64,000 bases of DNA, taken from contig JAAYDU010000034.1 of assembly GCA_012729095.1 (NCBI GenBank), forward strand, positions 178 through 64,177, given 5' to 3'. Within the stretch, counting starts at the first letter, position 1; every line of letters starts with the position of its first letter. Made by a program: the position numbers and the translations under genes. A model generated the notes under the pieces. The model did not search any database. It was not told the DNA's origin and saw nothing but the letters and a program-made list of their open reading frames with translations. Source of the DNA: Methanobacteriota archaeon. GTDB lineage: Archaea; Thermoplasmatota; Thermoplasmata; Methanomassiliicoccales; UBA472. Below, one piece after another: positions 61,544 through 64,000 of this stretch.

Positions 61544-62542
61544 CTACTTGAACACCGCTTCCAGGTCCACGTTGTCCCGCACCGCCCTTTCCACCAGCCC
61601 CACCTTCTCAGCGTCCTCCGGCTCTATGCGGGCGATCAGCCCCTCCACCATCTCCGAGGTGGCTAGGGTGTCGTATCTGGTGACCAGTATGGGTATTCCC
61701 CTCTCATAGGCCTTGGATACCACCTGATTGGCCGGGTACAGTCCCCCGGTGAGTATGAGGCACGAGGTGTCCGTGGACAAGGCCGCCAGTTGAACGTCCG
61801 AGCGGTCCCCGCCGGTGATTATGGCCTTGCGCTGGTGCCGGCGCATGTACTTCAGGGCGGTCTCCACGGTCATTGCGCCTATGAACACGCCCTCCACCAC
61901 CCGGTCCAGGTTGCCCTGCCCGACGACGACGTCGGCGGAGAGCGCCTCCACCACCTCCTTGACGGTGAAGTACGTCATCTCCGGTATATGCGGTATGCAC
62001 CCTAGCACCCTTATGCCCTTGCTCTCCAGGAAGTTCGCCACGGAGAGGTCGTCGGTCTGGTTCAGTATGACCCCCTTCACCGTGATCTTGTAGCTGGAGC
62101 TCAGCTTGTGCAGCATCGCTATCTTGTCCAGGGCCGCCGCCTCCGGCGTTGATATCAGCACCAGGTCGGAACCGGTGGCCTCGGCGATGGCCAGGCCGGA
62201 GACGTCGTTGAGGTAGCCGGTGGTGACCTCTCGGGTCCCCTCTATAAGCATCATCTCGCACTGGCAGGATGCCTTGGTGTAGGCGGTCTTGATGTCCTCC
62301 ATGCGCAAGGTCCGGAACACGTCGTAGTTGAAGGGGCACAGCACCTCCTCCGGCTGCTCCAGCTTCAGCACTTGCCGCATCAGGTAGGCGTCCTGGTCGA
62401 TCACCCTGTCGCCCGTGCGCATGAGTCGTTCCTTGAAGGGCTTGAAAAAACCCGCCTGACCCTTGAAGTTCTTGGCCAGCCCAAGGGTAACCATGGACTT
62501 GCCGGACTTCTCCACCACCGAACCTAGATACAGAGACCTCAT
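61544..62542 (-). CDS. Stand-alone Pta-N-terminal-like protein (BioD/AAA_26-like + DRTGG domains)
   Basis: SGKSMVTLGLA, LIEGT, ITGGDRSD (DRTGG motif), ILVTRYDT. 4-nt overlap with the upstream ACD gene. Confidence 0.65.
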   Translation of the reverse strand: MRSLYLGSVVEKSGKSMVTLGLAKNFKGQAGFFKPFKERLMRTGDRVIDQDAYLMRQVLKLEQPEEVLCPFNYDVFRTLRMEDIKTAYTKASCQCEMMLIEGTREVTTGYLNDVSGLAIAEATGSDLVLISTPEAAALDKIAMLHKLSSSYKITVKGVILNQTDDLSVANFLESKGIRVLGCIPHIPEMTYFTVKEVVEALSADVVVGQGNLDRVVEGVFIGAMTVETALKYMRRHQRKAIITGGDRSDVQLAALSTDTSCLILTGGLYPANQVVSKAYERGIPILVTRYDTLATSEMVEGLIARIEPEDAEKVGLVERAVRDNVDLEAVFK

Positions 62543-64000
62543 TGCTTCTCCCCCTTGATAGTGACCAAGGCGTCGACCGCCGTAACTCCTTTGCCCTCGT
62601 CCCCCACCATGACCGGGTTCATTTCCAGCTCCTCGAGCTCGGGGAACTCCATTGACATCTGGGATATCTTCAGTATTATCTCGGCCAGGGCGGTTATGTC
62701 CCCGGGGCGCCGGCCGCGGGCCCCGGTGAGCATCGGATAGGCCCTTATCGACCTGATCATGCGCTCAACGTCGTCCCGGTCCAGTGGCGCTATCCCCTGT
62801 GTGACGTCCTTCATTATCTCCACGAAAATGCCACCAAGTCCAAAGGTTATGACCGGCCCGAACTGATCGTCGCGCACCATCCCCACAATGACCTCGCGGC
62901 CCTTGACCATGCTCTGGATGGACACCCCGGTGATGAGCGCCTTGGGCATCTTCTCCCGGACCTTGCTGAGCATGACCTGGTAGGAGCGCTCCAGCTCCTG
63001 CGGGTCGTCTATGTTCAGAACCACCCCGCCCACGTCGGTCTTGTGGGCGATGTCCGGGGACTCCACCTTCATTACCACCGGGTACCCGATACTTGCGGCA
63101 AGCTCCAGAGCGGCCGGCAGGTCCTTGGCCGTGCCCTCCCTGGGCGTGGATATGCCGTAGGCCTTCAGGATGCTCTTCCCCTCGCTCTCGCTGAGCTGCA
63201 GTCGCCCTTGCGACCGGACGGAGGAGATGACCTCGCGCACCGCCTCGTGATCGGCCTCTGTCGGCTCCACGGCGCGAGATCCCTTCCGTACCAGGCTTCG
63301 GCGGTGCTCCGCCATGGCCGCCAGGACCTTGATCCCCCTTTCCGGGGAGGGGTAGTTGGGTATGCCCGCCGCCTTGAGCATGTCGATGGGAGCCGCCATC
63401 TCCTTCCCACCGACGAAAGAGGTGACGATGGGCTTGGGAGATGAACCGGCGAAGGTCGCGAGAGTACCGGCCACGGACGAGATGTCAACCAGGTCGGTCG
63501 GTGCCAGAAGGGCGAGCACGCAGGCGACGTTCGGATCGTCCATCACGGTGCGTATGGCGTGGTCATAGCGTTCAGCGTCCGCGTCGCCGACCACGTCTAT
63601 GGGATTGTAAAGGCTGGCCGCCGGAGGCAGCTTTTCCTTGAGCCTCTCTATGGTCGAGGGTTCGAAAGACGCCAATGTCAAACCGTAATCTGAGCAGGCG
63701 TCGGCGGCCATGACGCCGAGCCCTCCGGCATTGGTGATTATGGCCACCCCCTCCCCGTCCGGCAAAGGCATGGTCGAGAAGGCCTGCAGCAGGTCGAACA
63801 TGTCCTCGATGTCGCCTACCCGAACAACGCCAGCCTGGCGCATGGCGGCATCGTACACCTTGTCGCTGCCGGACATGGCCCCGGTGTGCGACGAGGCCGC
63901 CTTGGCCCCGCTGCTGGTGCGCCCCGCCTTCAGCGCGATGACCGGCTTCACCTTGGTGGTCAGCTCGGCCTGTCTCAGGAACTCCCTCCCCCGGTCCGTT
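62539..64000 (-). CDS. ADP-forming acetyl-CoA synthetase / NDP-forming acyl-CoA synthetase, fused alpha-beta (5' end beyond the window)
   Basis: KPVIALKAGRT..SHTGA, ITNAGGLGV, ATP-grasp part YPVVMKV...HKTDVGGV. The reading frame stays open to position 64000. Confidence 0.8.
   Translation of the reverse strand, partial: TDRGREFLRQAELTTKVKPVIALKAGRTSSGAKAASSHTGAMSGSDKVYDAAMRQAGVVRVGDIEDMFDLLQAFSTMPLPDGEGVAIITNAGGLGVMAADACSDYGLTLASFEPSTIERLKEKLPPAASLYNPIDVVGDADAERYDHAIRTVMDDPNVACVLALLAPTDLVDISSVAGTLATFAGSSPKPIVTSFVGGKEMAAPIDMLKAAGIPNYPSPERGIKVLAAMAEHRRSLVRKGSRAVEPTEADHEAVREVISSVRSQGRLQLSESEGKSILKAYGISTPREGTAKDLPAALELAASIGYPVVMKVESPDIAHKTDVGGVVLNIDDPQELERSYQVMLSKVREKMPKALITGVSIQSMVKGREVIVGMVRDDQFGPVITFGLGGIFVEIMKDVTQGIAPLDRDDVERMIRSIRAYPMLTGARGRRPGDITALAEIILKISQMSMEFPELEELEMNPVMVGDEGKGVTAVDALVTIKGEKQ

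Overview
GC-rich, very gene-dense archaeal chromosome segment. I annotate about 66 protein genes. I found no rRNA or tRNA gene, CRISPR array, transposase or integrase. Gene content points to a methanogen-lineage euryarchaeon, plausibly Methanomassiliicoccales-like (inference only): ADH synthase plus DHQ synthase II, GHMP-type shikimate kinase, CobY/CbiZ/archaeal CobT, the COG1900 + NIL-ferredoxin + COG2122 sulfur genes, Trm5, diphthine synthase, HerA-Mre11-Rad50, a MEDS sensor and HypF. Layout: (1) 1-3300, an EamA transporter, an ACT regulator and a two-gene ATPase + RloB-like (AbiL / split-OLD-like) defence candidate flanked by AT-rich spacers. (2) 3306-22267, a 21-gene co-directional amino-acid super-operon: archaeal shikimate pathway, asd, homocysteine/sulfide genes, his genes, lysC, pheA. 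(3) 22.2-28.3 kb, redox and housekeeping genes: flavin reductase-like pair, MTAP, Bcp, GcvH, HypF, hypoxanthine-DNA glycosylase. (4) 28.4-42.1 kb, a corrinoid salvage and nucleotide-loop assembly locus: cobT, cobY, cobS, cbiZ-cobZ fusion, cbiB, cobD, btuFCD-like importer, cobQ plus a truncated paralog. (5) 42.1-64 kb: aconitase, ABC-2 exporter, MEDS-PAS sensor, dCTP deaminase family, Trm5, Dph5, a degenerate FtsZ-like protein, herA-antiporter-mre11-rad50, parvulin, an ArsR-ArsM fusion, a DRTGG protein and ADP-forming acetyl-CoA synthetase. Observations I rate highest: (a) the palindrome TTGGAT-N5-ATCCAA recurs at the 5' ends of every corrinoid transcription unit in the window (4 strong copies, 1 weak) and is a candidate archaeal B12 regulon operator. 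(b) A 17-nt motif GCATTTTCACCGCNCCC starts exactly 58 nt upstream of both the herA and mre11 start codons. (c) The AbiL-like islet. (d) cobS and hisC have conserved N-termini that precede any ATG/GTG/TTG, but an in-frame ACG sits at canonical Shine-Dalgarno spacing. (e) Domain fusions and degenerate paralogs: aroD-aroE, CbiZ-CobZ, ArsR-ArsM, a GATase-less CobQ, a T7-less FtsZ-like protein. All family assignments come from motif recognition by eye; no searches were run.
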